DNA of 64,000 nucleotides from Macrostomum lignano (lineage: Eukaryota). The stretch covers positions 124,001-188,000 of the forward strand of contig NIVC01001368.1 in assembly GCA_002269645.1 (NCBI GenBank). The letters run 5' to 3'. Below are positions 36,566-51,444 of this stretch, one piece after another. Both the position numbers and the translations under genes were made by a program. The first letter of the stretch is position 1; every line of letters starts with the position of its first letter. The notes beneath the pieces are model-generated. The model ran no database searches. It was not told where the DNA came from and saw nothing but the letters and a program-made list of their open reading frames with translations.

Positions 36566-39362
36566 ATGACCGCCTGGCGGCTGCCCTGCTGGCTCCTCAC
36601 TGCCGCCCTGTGCTTGCGCGCCACATCAGTGGCCGGATACACAAGTGAGTCCAGCGCAGTATTTAATGCAGAAGCACTTCATGCTTTGACCACAGGCTTA
36701 TTATTGTACCAAGATCATTGAAACTGCATCAGCAGGAAAGTAGCTCGTAGTTCGATTGGAGGTTGGCTGACAAAGTTACAGTTTTGACAAAAAGCATTTT
36801 GGAGACCGGTAAGACGCAAAATCACAAAGTGACTCTAAGCCGAAAGCACATCGAATGGAAATTTGCAACAAAAATATCAACCAAAAATACAGAAATCCGA
36901 TTGATTTTGAAAAAAAAATATGTGGGAAAATTAGCTCCTCTGAGAGCGGCCCGGCACTGCATGGTTCTTCGCCTTTAAACAATTAAACGCTATTATCTAG
37001 CACGGGTGATTTAGCGACTCAATTTCAGCTCTTTCGAGCTATTCCAGCGGCTTTGAGAGCCTTCAGAGGAACATTTAGGCCAGTCTGATAGTTTTAAATG
37101 TACATCACGTCGACTCATGTATCCAGCGGTGCTGATCTCATCCGTAATGCTCAGAGCACATCCATTCAATCGCTCACAAAATCAGAGTCAGATTGCTACT
37201 TCCCGTTTCTCTACAACGGCACTGAGTACTCCTACTGTACTCGAAATGCGTACCACGTGCTCTGGTGCTCGCTCGACCGGGTGTACAAGGGCCGCTGGGC
37301 TGTCTGCGGACCGGAGGTGCCCAAGAAAGTGCTCGACAGCATACGGGCAGCCGTTGACGAGGTCGGCAAGGAGAAGGCCAAACTGGCTCAGGAACAGAGC
37401 GACATCGACAAAATGGCGAAGTCCGTAGCGCAGCTCTCGGCTGCCAACCAGATGGGTGAGTGCAGCTTCTTTTCTTTTCTTTCTTTTTCTTCAGGGCTCC
37501 TCCGTATCCGGCTCTGCCGATCTAGAGGGGGACAGGCGCTCCATGCTGCGAAGTAGGCCGATGATGGCCTCCGGGACTCCATCAAGTCCTCGGAGGCGAG
37601 CCCATGGACTGCCCGGTAGCGGTCGCCACGGGGGCAGTCGTGTAGGATGTGGCGCACCGTGTCCTCCGCGCCGCAATCGGGACAGGCAGCAGAGTCCGCG
37701 ATGCCAAGCCTGTGGCGGGTGCTGAAGTTAATCATGCTGGCGCCAGCGCGGAGCTGATTTATCAGCACCTGGAGGCGGCGTGGGAGGTGGGCCGGTGGTG
37801 GTTTGGCCGGTGCCGCGTAGTCGGCGTCCATGGCCCGGTGGCGGCGGCGGCGGAGGGCTGTCCTAGCCGCTTGAAGCTGGAGCGGCACGTGTTGTTGGTC
37901 GAGGGCGGCCGCTTCCGTCGGTAGCGATGGTGACAGACGGGGGGCATCGTTGGAGAGAAGTGAAAAAACTTGGCTTACGTTGGCAGTAGCCAGAAAACCC
38001 TTGCACGAAAACTCCAACTGTAGCGACTTTTATATTTGACAACGATTTTATAAAAAGGACTAAGAACGCGAAGTAACAACTGTACGAGTGTAAATGAGTA
38101 CGCGTCAATGTACGCACAACGAAAGTACTGAGAGGAGATAAAATAACCAGAGCCGCGCAACACCAAAAATACACACAAACAACCCAGCCCCAACCCCCAA
38201 ACAAGCGACACCCGCCACACGCCACCACAAGAAGGAGCCTTAGGGCCTCGCGGATGGCGACCAGCTCCGCCGTAAAGCTGCTGCACCAGGCTCCGGCGGG
38301 TACGCAGTGGCGGGTGCCAGGGGCCTCCCATTGAGCGATGGCCGCTCCCCGCCGTTCCGCGAGCCTTCGCCGACGGACCCGTCGGTCCAGAGTGCAGCAT
38401 CTGCTACAGCTGCTGCTGGCTTTGGAACATGAAATTCGCTCTGAAACATATTTAAATTATATTGACCAAGTACCGTTCCTGGGTCGGGGCTGGTAGTTCA
38501 AGGTTTGGGTCGGCAATTTCCAGATGAGGGCTGTGTTCCTGGTTCAATTTAGAAATCCTACCTACATGTACCTACCTAGTATTTTTCCACTACACTTACT
38601 GTACACGAATTTCGCCTCGATGCCGCGTCAGATTGTCACTCCTGCGCCCTCTCATCCACTTCCTGCCTTGCCTGCAGCCCACAGCAACAAATCGGCAGCC
38701 ATCAACGCACTCGACCAACGCCTGGCGGCCCTCAACCGCTCCCTGTTGCAGATGGAGCTGGAGCAGCGCAACCTGGATCATGTGAGACGAACATTGGAAG
38801 CTCAATTTTGATTCGTTGAAAGCCCCGGCTCTGCAAAATCAACAATACTAACTAGATTTTAATCGCCGATTCACAGCGTGCGGCCAATCAGGAGTCGCTG
38901 CGACCGCTGGAGATCGGCACGATGATCCTGCTGACCGTGTCTGTCATCACCATGGGTGTCCTGCTGTATGTATTCCACTGCTGCTCCAGCCGCAAGGGTG
39001 ACGGCGGCGGCCCGAGCCCGTCGCTGCCGGAGACGCCGCAGCTGAGCTGTCTTGCGCTGCGCCGGGTGCAGCCGCCTGCAGATTCGACGGCCGAATCGGA
39101 GGTGGCAGCGGCGTCGACGCGACAGGTGGAGAGCGCAAAGAAATTTCCCGGCCACTTCTATCACCTGACCGTTGATGAGGTGGACGAGGAGGCTGGCGAT
39201 GAGGAAGAGACCGAGGATGATGATGAAGTGGATACGGGAGACGACGCCAGCAGCGAGCAGCACAGCAGAGCAGCAGCGGCCCTGTCCTCGGCCGCCCCTC
39301 CAGCCCAGCAGGCTGCTGGAGAGGCCAGCCGCAAGCGGGGCAGCAGGTTCCTCAACAGGTGA
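36566..39362 (+). CDS. Type I membrane protein: signal peptide, fibronectin type II domain, coiled coil, TM helix, acidic tail; 4 exons, 312 aa
   Basis: Exons 36566-36644, 37186-37455, 38678-38781, 38877-39362 (939 bp, GT-AG, phases 1/1/0). FN2: CYFPFLYNGTEYSYCTRNAYHVLWCSLDRVYKGRWAVC; TM: IGTMILLTVSVITMGVLLYVFHCC. Confidence 0.85.
37470..38389 (-). mobile_element. 5'-truncated RNase H-bearing non-LTR retrotransposon in intron 2 of the FN2 gene
   Basis: Minus strand: WTDGS, SSFTAELVAIREAL (RNase H), QLRAG, CPDCGAEDTVRHILHDCP (C-terminal knuckle), A-rich tail; TSD gagtgcagc(t/a)tc at 37458-37469 and 38390-38401 (11/12). Confidence 0.82.
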
Positions 39363-39490
39363 TGCACCTGCCTCACACCAGCTGACAGCCATCCGGCACG
39401 CATCGCTAATCCAATTGATTTTGTGAATTCACCTGACCTGACTGATCGGTTTGCCGCTTTGCTTTTCTGCGACAGATTAGAAATTCATTG

Positions 39491-40320
39491 AGTTAGTTCT
39501 CATGCAAGCTGCTGCACCTGAACAGAATTCCACCGATTAGTTCTCATGCAAGCTGCTGCGCCTGAACAGAATTCCACCGATTAGTTCTCATCCAAGCTGC
39601 TGCGCCTGAACAGAATTCCACCGATTAGTTCTCATCCAAGCTGCTGCGCCTGAACAGAATTCCACCGATTAGTTCTCATCCAAGCTGCTGCGCCTGAACA
39701 GAATTCCACCGATTAGTTCTCATCCAAGCTGCTGCGCCTGAACAGAATTCCACCGATTAGTTCTCATCCAAACTGCTGCGCCTGAACAGAATTCCACCGA
39801 TTAGTTCTCATCCAAGCTGCTGCGCCTGAACAGAATTCCACCGATTAGTTCTCATCCAAGCTGCTGCGCCTGAACAGAATTCCACCGATTAGTTCTCATC
39901 CAAGCTGCTGCGCCTGAACAGAATTCCACCGATTAGTTCTCATCCAAGCTGCTGCGCCTGAACAGAATTCCACCGATTAGTTCTCATCCAAGCTGCTGCG
40001 CCTGAACAGAATTCCACCGATTAGTTCTCATCCAAGCTGCTGCGCCTGAACAGAATTCCACCGATTAGTTCTCATGCAAGCTGCTGCGCCTGAACAGAAT
40101 TCCACCGATTAGTTCTCATCCAAGCTGCTGCGCCTGAACAGAATTCCACCGATTAGTTCTCATCCAAGCTGCTGCGCCTGAACAGAATTCCACCGATTAG
40201 TTCTCATCCAAGCTGCTGCGCCTGAACAGAATTCCACCGATTAGTTCTCATCCAAGCTGCTGCGCCTGAACAGAATTCCACCGATTAGTTCTCATCCAAG
40301 CTGCTGCGCCTGAACAGAGC
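39491..40320. repeat. 44-bp minisatellite (~19 near-identical copies) between the convergent FN2 and DLD genes
   Basis: Unit gattagttctcatccaagctgctgcgcctgaacagaattccacc. Confidence 0.98.
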
Positions 40321-40342
40321 CCACAACTGCTCCAATCAAGTA

Positions 40343-40438
40343 TCTTGCTCAATGACACAAATTGTTCCAGTGGGATCGGGAATCGAACCCCGACCTTCAA
40401 GTAGTTGAGTCCCACGCTCTAATCACTGGGCTATAACC
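40343..40438 (-). mobile_element. tRNA-derived SINE head fragment
   Basis: Minus strand: A-box-like tagcccagtgattagagc, B-box ggttcgattcccg, then tgtgtcattgagcaaga; no acceptor stem, so not a tRNA gene. Confidence 0.65.
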
Positions 40439-41277
40439 CTACTAGGCTATACAACCTTCTGCTAGGCAAAATTTTAATCGATACAAAAAAATTACAGGCT
40501 CCAATGCTTTACTCGTACTAAATTATTTGGGTGAAAGTTGAACTCGTACCTACAGTACTCAAGCCAAGAGATATTTAGTTAATTAGCTGTAGCACATGTC
40601 ATTTCTGTATTATGATATGAAATATAAAGTGCAATCATCACTGAAATAACAGGCTATGATAAGCTCTACGAGCCTACCAACCACTGCAGTTACTGGCGAA
40701 TGATATCGCACGCACGGTACAGAAAATGCACAGTAAAACAAAACAAAATAAAATTCAAAGAAGAACCCAAATTCGATTTTATAACATTTACTAACTATAG
40801 AGCAGGATCTAACTCAGTTCGACAATAGCCTTGTATTTTCTTTAATAATATGTAAGTCTTCATTGAAACTTAGCATTACAGAGCATGGGGAGGGGGTGGC
40901 TGTCTGTGCCAATCCAGCACGTCAGGCAGCAGCTTCAATCTTTACTGAGATGAAAAACCGCAGGAACGGGCAATGAGAAGCATTTCATTAGTCTACGAAA
41001 ATGTTAGAATTATTTATTCACTAACGCTGATACGAAAAGTCTCGGCCCAGTTCCGACTAAAATAAAAAAGTGCTGGCAAAAAATTACATCAAAAGCACAG
41101 CTAAGCAAACCCTACAAACAGCTGAATGGCTCGAGCTGAAGCTCTGAGCCACAGGACTGTCTTGGCTTGTCAGACTTGACCTAATTTCATTCGCATTTCT
41201 ATGCTGCATTTTTGAGAACAAAAATGCCTCTTCACTCTACAACAAAAACTTGTCAGCCTGGGTCTCACAGCAGCAGC

Positions 41278-43787
<2,510 letters not shown>

Positions 43788-43830
43788 TTAGAAGCACAGG
43801 TATTGCTTGAGTATTGAAAGCAATTCCCAA

Positions 43831-44030
43831 GTTATCAAGCAACTTTTTCAATTGATTTAAAACAACATTTTGCTTTATTACTTTGGAATGGATAGAGTAT
43901 AGTGCTCATTAAACTAGTTTATAGGGTTATCAAGCAACTTTTTCAATTGATTCAAAACAACATTTTGCTTTATTACTTTGGCATGGATAGAGTATAGTGC
44001 TCATTAAACTAGTTTATAGGGTTATCAAGC
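43831..44030. repeat. 95-bp tandem duplication immediately upstream of the DLD start
   Basis: gttatcaagc at 43831, 43926 and 44021; two near-identical units. Confidence 0.92.
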
Positions 44031-44864
44031 ATTGGGGTTGCAACTAATTATATTGTAGCAAGTTTCTAAAGGACTACAAAGAAATTGTTCAGCCATCACC
44101 GAGTTAGCATTTATATAACCATTTTTGATAGTTAGCATAAAATTGCAAAAATCAAACATTTTGCATGCCTTTCATAGAAAAAAATTAAATATTCTATAGC
44201 TCGTATTCTATGCATATGAAGTATACCATAGTTATCAATACAAGCTTCATATAACATGATCTTGATATTCTATTCCTACAAATGCTATTTTCATAGTGTA
44301 GTTATCTTATTAATGAAAATAAAGATCAAGATCAGTTCATTAATACTTGAAATGACACAAAAATATCTGATGATCTAATTTTATTTTTGATATTATACCT
44401 ATAAATAAATACTATATTTAATGCTGATATACATTCAAATTTTAATGCAAAATCAGGCTTTTTTAATTAAATGTTTTAGTCATTAATTGATTGATATTTC
44501 ATAACCTTTATTCTGCTAAGAAACTGATTTTTCTCTACTAGTTAAATTTTATTTGTTTTGTTCTAGGTTAATTATGTAATTTTATTATACTAGTATTAGA
44601 TAACTTTTTGGAAATTACTATGTCAAGAATACTATCAAGCATTCAATTTTAGGTTAATTAAAGTCATTCTTAATTGTCAATCATTCTAAAAAGAAGGCAC
44701 AAAAGTTCCTATTGTCCTCATTTATTGTACCCCATTAACTTTATCTCACTATTTATTATAAGTGTGAAAAATTATATTTTTAGAAAACTTTTTTATATCA
44801 TATGGTTATACTTAAAATACAATTTTATATATTAATAGGTCTAATAATATATATAGACAAGGGC

Positions 44865-45790
44865 ATCAAAAGACATCAAAGGGCATCTTTCACAATGAAG
44901 TTGAAATCTTCACCAACTTGCTTAGCTACAATGGCTACCCTAGGAACTTTGTGTTGAAAATTATTGAGACTTTTCTCAATGACAAACTGATGGAACCTAC
45001 TTAGATGAAAGTTTGTGAATCCACCTCTGATTGTCCTTTGATCACTTTACCTTTTTTTGGGGTTTGTTCTATTGAGTTCAAAAAGAAGATTGAAAAGCTG
45101 TTCCATTAAGACTTAAACACTCAAATCCATGTTGTGTTTTGCACTGAAAAGGTTGCTAAGTTTGTCTATAGGCTGAAATCTAGTGTTCCTTGTCCTCTTG
45201 TGGCAGGTGTTGTATACAAATTTATTTGCTCTGAGGACCAGAGCATTTCCTATATTGGGAAAACTAAATGACATCTATACACAAGTTAGAGAGCAGTTAG
45301 AGAGCACTGGCTAAGCAACTGCCATTAACGAACACCTGCTAACTTGCAATAGTTGTTGTGTTGCTGACCCACACAAGATGATTACGGCTATTGATCTTTT
45401 CAATAGAGATCACATGCCCTGCCTATTAGAAGCCCTGTAGATTAAAATGAGATAGCTTACATTAAATAATTAACTTGCAATAGTCAAATTAGTCAAATTA
45501 CTAAAATAGTCAACTCTGCACATTTTAGTTTACCTTGCTAATAACCAGACTGGATTGAAACCAACATGTACTCTCCCCTTACCAATAATGCTTCTACTCT
45601 TGATTAAACCATCAAGCTTTTAATGTACAAGCTTTTAAACCATCAAAATTACTGTATACACTTTCATACTTCTCTCCATTCACTATATATACTATTTGTG
45701 TTTAATAATTTGGTTTAAATAGATTTTGACCCTGAAGATGTCTAATAATAATATTGGACAAAATGCATTGGCAACTCAAATAAATAACTA
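44865..45790 (+). mobile_element. Degenerate Penelope-like element 3' end (RT thumb, GIY-YIG endonuclease, pLTR remnant)
   Basis: FHNEVEIFTNLLSYNGYPRNFV; GVVYKFICSEDQSISYIGKTK*HL; LLEAL*IK; CTGAAGA hammerhead-like core at 45732. Confidence 0.75.
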
Positions 45791-47566
45791 ATACTTAATG
45801 TTGATATTGACTTATACTCAAACAAATTTATCTACTTTTTATTAAGCAAGCCACTTTATCTAAATATAGGCAATAGGCCTACCATAGTTCAGAAAGTGAC
45901 ATATAGCTAGGATTCCTCATTGTATAACAAGGATACTTGCCATTTTTAGCATATATCAGTATATATCTCGGCATACATAACATAGTGGAAACATTGTGTC
46001 AATGACACATTTTTAGTCTAAGAATACAAACAAGGTCTTGTATTTATTTCTGGCATTGGACCCAATGTACACAAATACACAATCCAAATGATGGACCCTA
46101 TTAGAAAAAATTGCTAAATGGCAAACAGCCATCTGGAACATTTTCAAAATGACCTTGTAGCACACTGTTTTCTATGACATAGCGCAATGCAGTGCCACAC
46201 ATAAAAGACATGCAACAAAATACAAGTGTGTATAACGATTACAATAATTTTAAAGAAAGTGTCTTTCTAATTAAAGGATTAAATATAAGACTAAGAGTGG
46301 TTTTTTAGAGATATATAGTAGAATATCTCAATATGATTTTTTTAGTAGCTAGCTGTATTGTTAGATTAGTTTTAGTCAAAGATTACATTGCTGAGTGATA
46401 TTAAAACTGTTAAAAAAGTGGCAACTGCAAATAAGGTCTTTTATTGCATGTTGTAACTGCAAAAAAAGGTTTTTTGTCACAACTATGGTCCCTTAAGTTA
46501 ACATGGCCCATGTACCTTGGAGAGTGACCCCTTGGCATGTTTTTGCTAGACCCTTGATGCGCGTCTGTACATTTTCAGAATTTATTCCAATAGGGACTAT
46601 GGGGGAAATATAAGTAAAAAATTAAGAGACTCCTAATTTTCTAAACAAAAAGCTTAAAGAATATCAATAAAACTAGGGCCTATAAGAAAGACAAAACATA
46701 TTAAAAGATAAACATTAGCCTAGGTCTGCTTCCTTTAAAAATAAAAAATGATTTTGTCCTAAAAAATGAACATCTTTATCTCTATGACTATGTAAGTATG
46801 GGGCATTTTCTAAAAAACGACCTCCTAAATTTTTCTAATAAATATAGTTTCCTGTCCTTCCAATTAAACAATACTTGATTTATATGTACATGTTATCTAC
46901 TGCACTAGGTAGTTATAACTTGATATATTTTGGATAATACCATTGACATTGAGCCAATTTTTTATTATACCTCTAGCTTTTGCTATATATCACTGTACAT
47001 TAAAAGTTTCTACTAAGCTTTTATTTTATAAATTTTGTGTACCATTTTTTTATACACTTGGGTGGGGGGGGTTCGTCTGTGTTGGCTCGGTCGAGATTTA
47101 ATTCGTTCGTTCAAATCAGCCGTTCAAATTAAGCGGCTCTAGCTTCAAACAGCTTGCAAGTTCTCAGCTTGCAGAGAGAGAATAGAGAGGTAGCGCAGTC
47201 TAGTTTTGCCGACGTCCAGAATGCCGAATGCAGAAATTTGTAGCAGCCGAAATGGGAAAACTTCAAAATAAGCTATATATTTAAACTAAGTTTGTCGAGA
47301 TTGTTGCTGATAGTAGTAGTTTGCTGCCACCACCGCGTTTATACGCGGGAAAAGCTCTCTAAGCTCAAAACTAGCTCGATTGGCTCTAGGACTTCTCTTG
47401 AGACCGCTAGGCGTCAAATAATAAAGCTTCCGAGGTGGTCACGAAGGCCAAGACACCGTTTCAACACCAGAGATTAATTGGCTGGCGTTACAGGGGCCAG
47501 GTAGCTGAATAGACTTATTGTTATTAACTGTTGCACGAGCCACAAGCAATGTACTATGCTGTTATT

Positions 47567-49156
47567 GATGAGGACGCACTTTTTCCCAAATCCCGCGCTA
47601 GCACATGGGCTCTAAACTTACTTGCCTACTAACAGTGGGCAAGGGGTATTTTTATCCTTTTTCTGCAAATTGTCATAGAATCTATACAAGATATTATGTC
47701 TGGCCATACTAGTCATAATAACACATAGGCATAGCTTTTTGGGTCATAAATCATCGCTTTCGAAGCTGGTCTGACAGCCACCTGCGCCTCACTCAGTGTT
47801 GAGGCGGGCGCCAGATGGTCTGAGAGGATGCGGGCGGTAGCTTTTTTCTCATCATTTTGACAGGCCATCAAGATTTATGAGGTCAGAGCCTATTGTTCGT
47901 GTTCACTCAAGCGTGTGACAGCTTTGACAGCTATGCGTTTTACCCCTAAAAGTACCTTGAGATTAGCGATTAGCAATTTCTCTTCATTATCTTCACTTTC
48001 TATTTAATAAGAGCTTTCTAATGTATATTTTTTCATTAATTTCTGTCAATCCTACGCGAAAAGTCATAAATCATTTTGTTGCGATTTTGATTGATTTATG
48101 GCCGCACCTGTCATCTTTTTACGACCCTGTGGGAACTGATAGGATCTCTCGGTCACGTGATTCTGGGTGGCAACAAGCTTAGCCAATCAGAAAATTCGGC
48201 GCTCATTTTAACAAAACGGCTCAGCCAATCAGAATCGACGTGTTCCATTATAACAAACTGCGGTCCAGTTGGCGGCTATTTAAACCGGAGTTTTTGGCCC
48301 GCTCGGAGGCAACTCTTGCTCGGGCCCAGCACGCAACTTCTGGTTCCCGGAGCGCGACCGTCGTTTCTTGATCCCCGGATTGCGACTTCCCCCCATCATC
48401 ATCAAGGACGAATCCCCCGGTCGTCAGCAGCGAACATCAAGCGAAGATCATCACCTGCTAGCTATTAGCGAAGATTGTATCAGCATCATCCCGAGTCTAC
48501 AGCTACAGAGCATCAAGCCGATTCGGTCACTGTGGATTACACTGTGGTCTCCGGCTGTTGAGTTTCTGATTGGTTGGGTGAGAGGCTACCTAGACTTGCT
48601 TGATTGGGTGATTCCCTGTCTGTCCCCTGTTTCAGTAGCTGGATTAGGCGCACACTTTTGCTCATTTTGTTCAGTAGTGCTGGTACTGAGGCAGAAATCA
48701 CTTAATAATACTGCTAGTAGTCTGAAACTCCAATTCAATCTGAGGTGTGAAGTGATTTAAGGAGAAGGCTAAACCTGACAGTTATTTTTATCGGTTTTAG
48801 TTCTTTGTTCGCCGATGGCTCAGATGAGTAGCTAAGCTAGTAGGCGCCGGTCACAGTGGGCCAATGGCAAGGCAGTTCTCAGTCGATAAAGCAATCAAAT
48901 CAGTGAGCAAAACTGCCAGAAGTGCAGAATCGGCGCCAGAGATGTACTTTGTGCACTCTAGGTTAGCCAAGCGGCTCGGGTAATGAATCATGCGGTCTCT
49001 GAAGTTCGAGTTAGTCTATCATCAGCGCTATGAGAGGCTAGTTGGCGCGTTGAAGGCCAAAAGTACATATCTCGTATTTAGCAATGTAATAGTACATGTA
49101 GCTACCCCATAGACTCGCCACTGCAAGAATCCCCTGCACAAGTCCCCTCTGTACCT
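47567..49156 (+). repeat. Dispersed unclassified repeat, partner of 1-920, with ~670 bp extra (about 47800-48470)
   Basis: Reverse-complement match to window positions 1-920; probably continues past 49156, where the partner is outside the window. Confidence 0.88.
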
Positions 49157-49705
49157 GCATGGCCAATGCGATCTAGTCCCAGCAGTGTCCCTTATCATCG
49201 GCTATGACTTCGAGATGACAGCAAAAAGACACTAGTTGGCAGGTAAGCGCAAAGCCCCTTCTAGTCGGAAGCCCGATTTCGAGAGTCCCGGTGTGGTGAG
49301 CCAGGACGCACGGGCTGGTGGCAGCGAGTTAGCTTAGTCTGCGGATTAGCTAATTTCTACCTTCAAAATTCTCCCTGCTTGTCTCTCGCTGTCCCTCTCT
49401 TAGCTATAGGACCTAGACTGCTCGCCACACGATCAAGCTACCATGGGGCTGACCATCTGACAGGAGTGGGGGGCCAGGTCTCTAAGTGTTTCTGAGCCTG
49501 AGGCCCGAAGGCTTCCCTAACAAGGGGCCCGAAGGTCGAAACCCATCATTATTATTAAAAGATTAATAATTAGCTGGCTGGGTGAGGAGCTGGTCGGGTC
49601 GGTATGTCGGGCTTACACGTAGGGGCCTCTCGTAATGGGCTGTATTAGAGTTAAAGAAGATGGGCAATACCACAGAAGTCGGTATCACAAGGGATCGGGG
49701 CAAAA

Positions 49706-49841
49706 CCACGAGAGTTGGGGCGGATTCCACGAGAGTTGGGGCGGATTCTACGAGAGTTGGGGCGGATTCCACAAGAGTTGGGGCGGATTCCACGAGAGTT
49801 GGGGCGGATTCCACGAGAGTTGGGGCGGATTCCACAAGAGT
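49706..49841. repeat. 21-bp minisatellite (~6 copies)
   Basis: Unit ccacgagagttggggcggatt. Confidence 0.95.
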
Positions 49842-51069
49842 CTGGCTGGGAAAGGCGGGGCGCAGACTCTTAAATAGCGCTCTCATGAGCCACCGGGAGG
49901 AAAGGGGTTACCCCGGGTGGGAAGAGAGTGACACCGGATGGAAAAGGGGCGGGTACCACCGGGTGGTGACGACTAAACACCGGGTGGACCCCCTATTCAA
50001 AAGCATTAAAAACGAACAAAAATACGGGGAGTGGAACGGGGAGTTACATTAACTGTAGCGCGCGCGTGACGTTAGGATGACGTAAAATTACGGCAAAGGG
50101 AAATCGCGCGGTGGAAAATAGAGTTACACACTGTGGGAAAAGCCAGTGGCGGCCTCGCCTGCCACAATTTGTTTGAGTAGTTTTGGCGAAACGTTAATAT
50201 ATTTAAAAAACAAAAAACAAAAAACACAAAGGTAGGGTAAGCATATGACGCCATTGTTATTGTTTGTTTTTTGATATTTCCACTGCTATTTTGTGCGAGT
50301 TGCGAGTTGCGAGTTGCGCGAGTTGGTGCGAAATATTCAAATAAGTCTAAATAATTCGATGCTACAATTTCAGAACCATGCAGCTACGAGTAAGCCCAGC
50401 GGAGGAGAATTGCACCCACAAAGTTTAACCAGGCTTTAATCAGCAGACGAATCAGAAGCGGTCTAGATTTTGAGCACGTGCACGGCTTGCAAAGTGTAAT
50501 GCATCTCGACATTTCTAATCTCGCTGCACGCCCCGACAGGCCAGCCCCCACTAACCGGCCCCCACTTCCGCGCAGTGGAAGCGCGTTAATTGATTGCTCG
50601 CAGTGGGAGAATTACAGCATGCCTAGGAAACACGAAACAGACTAAGCCAACGAGCTTAGGTCTATCTCCATGCTTTCCTACTAGCCGACCGGCGCCGGTC
50701 ACCCTTCTGGAGCTTTGCGTTAGCCGTCGGCCTTAGCTGCTAACACGGACTAATTAAGTAGACAATATAAACGTCGACAATTAAGTAGTCCGTGGCTGCT
50801 AAGGGTACGGAATATCCCGGAGCGCTTACCTGTGGGTTATCAGGTGCCTCTGGCTACGGCTCTGGGGTAAAGGTGCTGTGTGCCCTTTGACCATAGCAGA
50901 GAACGCAGTTAGACTGCGGGACCTGGAACTGCTATCGCTCTCTAACGCCTAAGGTGTTGACCGCTGACGGGCTGGAAGGTCGGGGAGCTAAACCGACGGC
51001 CAGCTTTTTCTTTTTTCTTTCCCCTTCTTCCAGCTTCTCCAAGCTTCTCTCTTGGTTTACCTTTTGCGT

Positions 51070-51437
51070 TTACAACGAGCTCGACATACCGGGGCTCATC
51101 CTTATCCAGGAACCCGGGACCCTCAAAGGGACTAGAAACACCCCTTCTGGCTAAAACTGCGTCTATATTTGCCCCCGCGATGCCAATTAGCCTCCTAGAG
51201 CCTGCATCTTTGCGGCCAAAACTCGCAGAGTGAGGCTTAGATCGGACCTGTCTAATGGGGACATCTGCGTCACCCAATCTGATGACCTCCTTCCTGGGAA
51301 GACCTCCCTCATTGCCTCGGTTTACCTACCAGGCGATGCTGCGGTCGTCCCCAGAAGCCTCGTTACGCTGGTTGAGCCCTTCTTTGCCAAGAACTGCGAG
51401 CTCATGGTTGCTGGCGATATCAACGCACGCCATACTC
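51070..51437 (+). mobile_element. Old Loa-like LINE fragment (APE endonuclease), degenerate
   Basis: IPGLILIQEP, DLSNGDICV, SLIASVYLPGD, MVAGDINARH; homologous to 55655-56404. Confidence 0.8.
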
Positions 51438-51444
51438 ACAAGGT

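Noticed and set aside
39491-40320. CRISPR-like regular arrays (also 28981-29472, 33380-34064, 14420-14897)
   Set aside because: Units are head-to-tail with no unique spacers, there are no cas genes, and the context is eukaryotic: these are minisatellites.
40343-40438. tRNA gene
   Set aside because: A and B boxes are present but there is no acceptor stem or cloverleaf; the following sequence is SINE-like.
46271-46738. Kolobok-like TTAAAGGA...TCCTTTAA ends
   Set aside because: Only 8 bp of inverted match in very AT-rich DNA; expected by chance.
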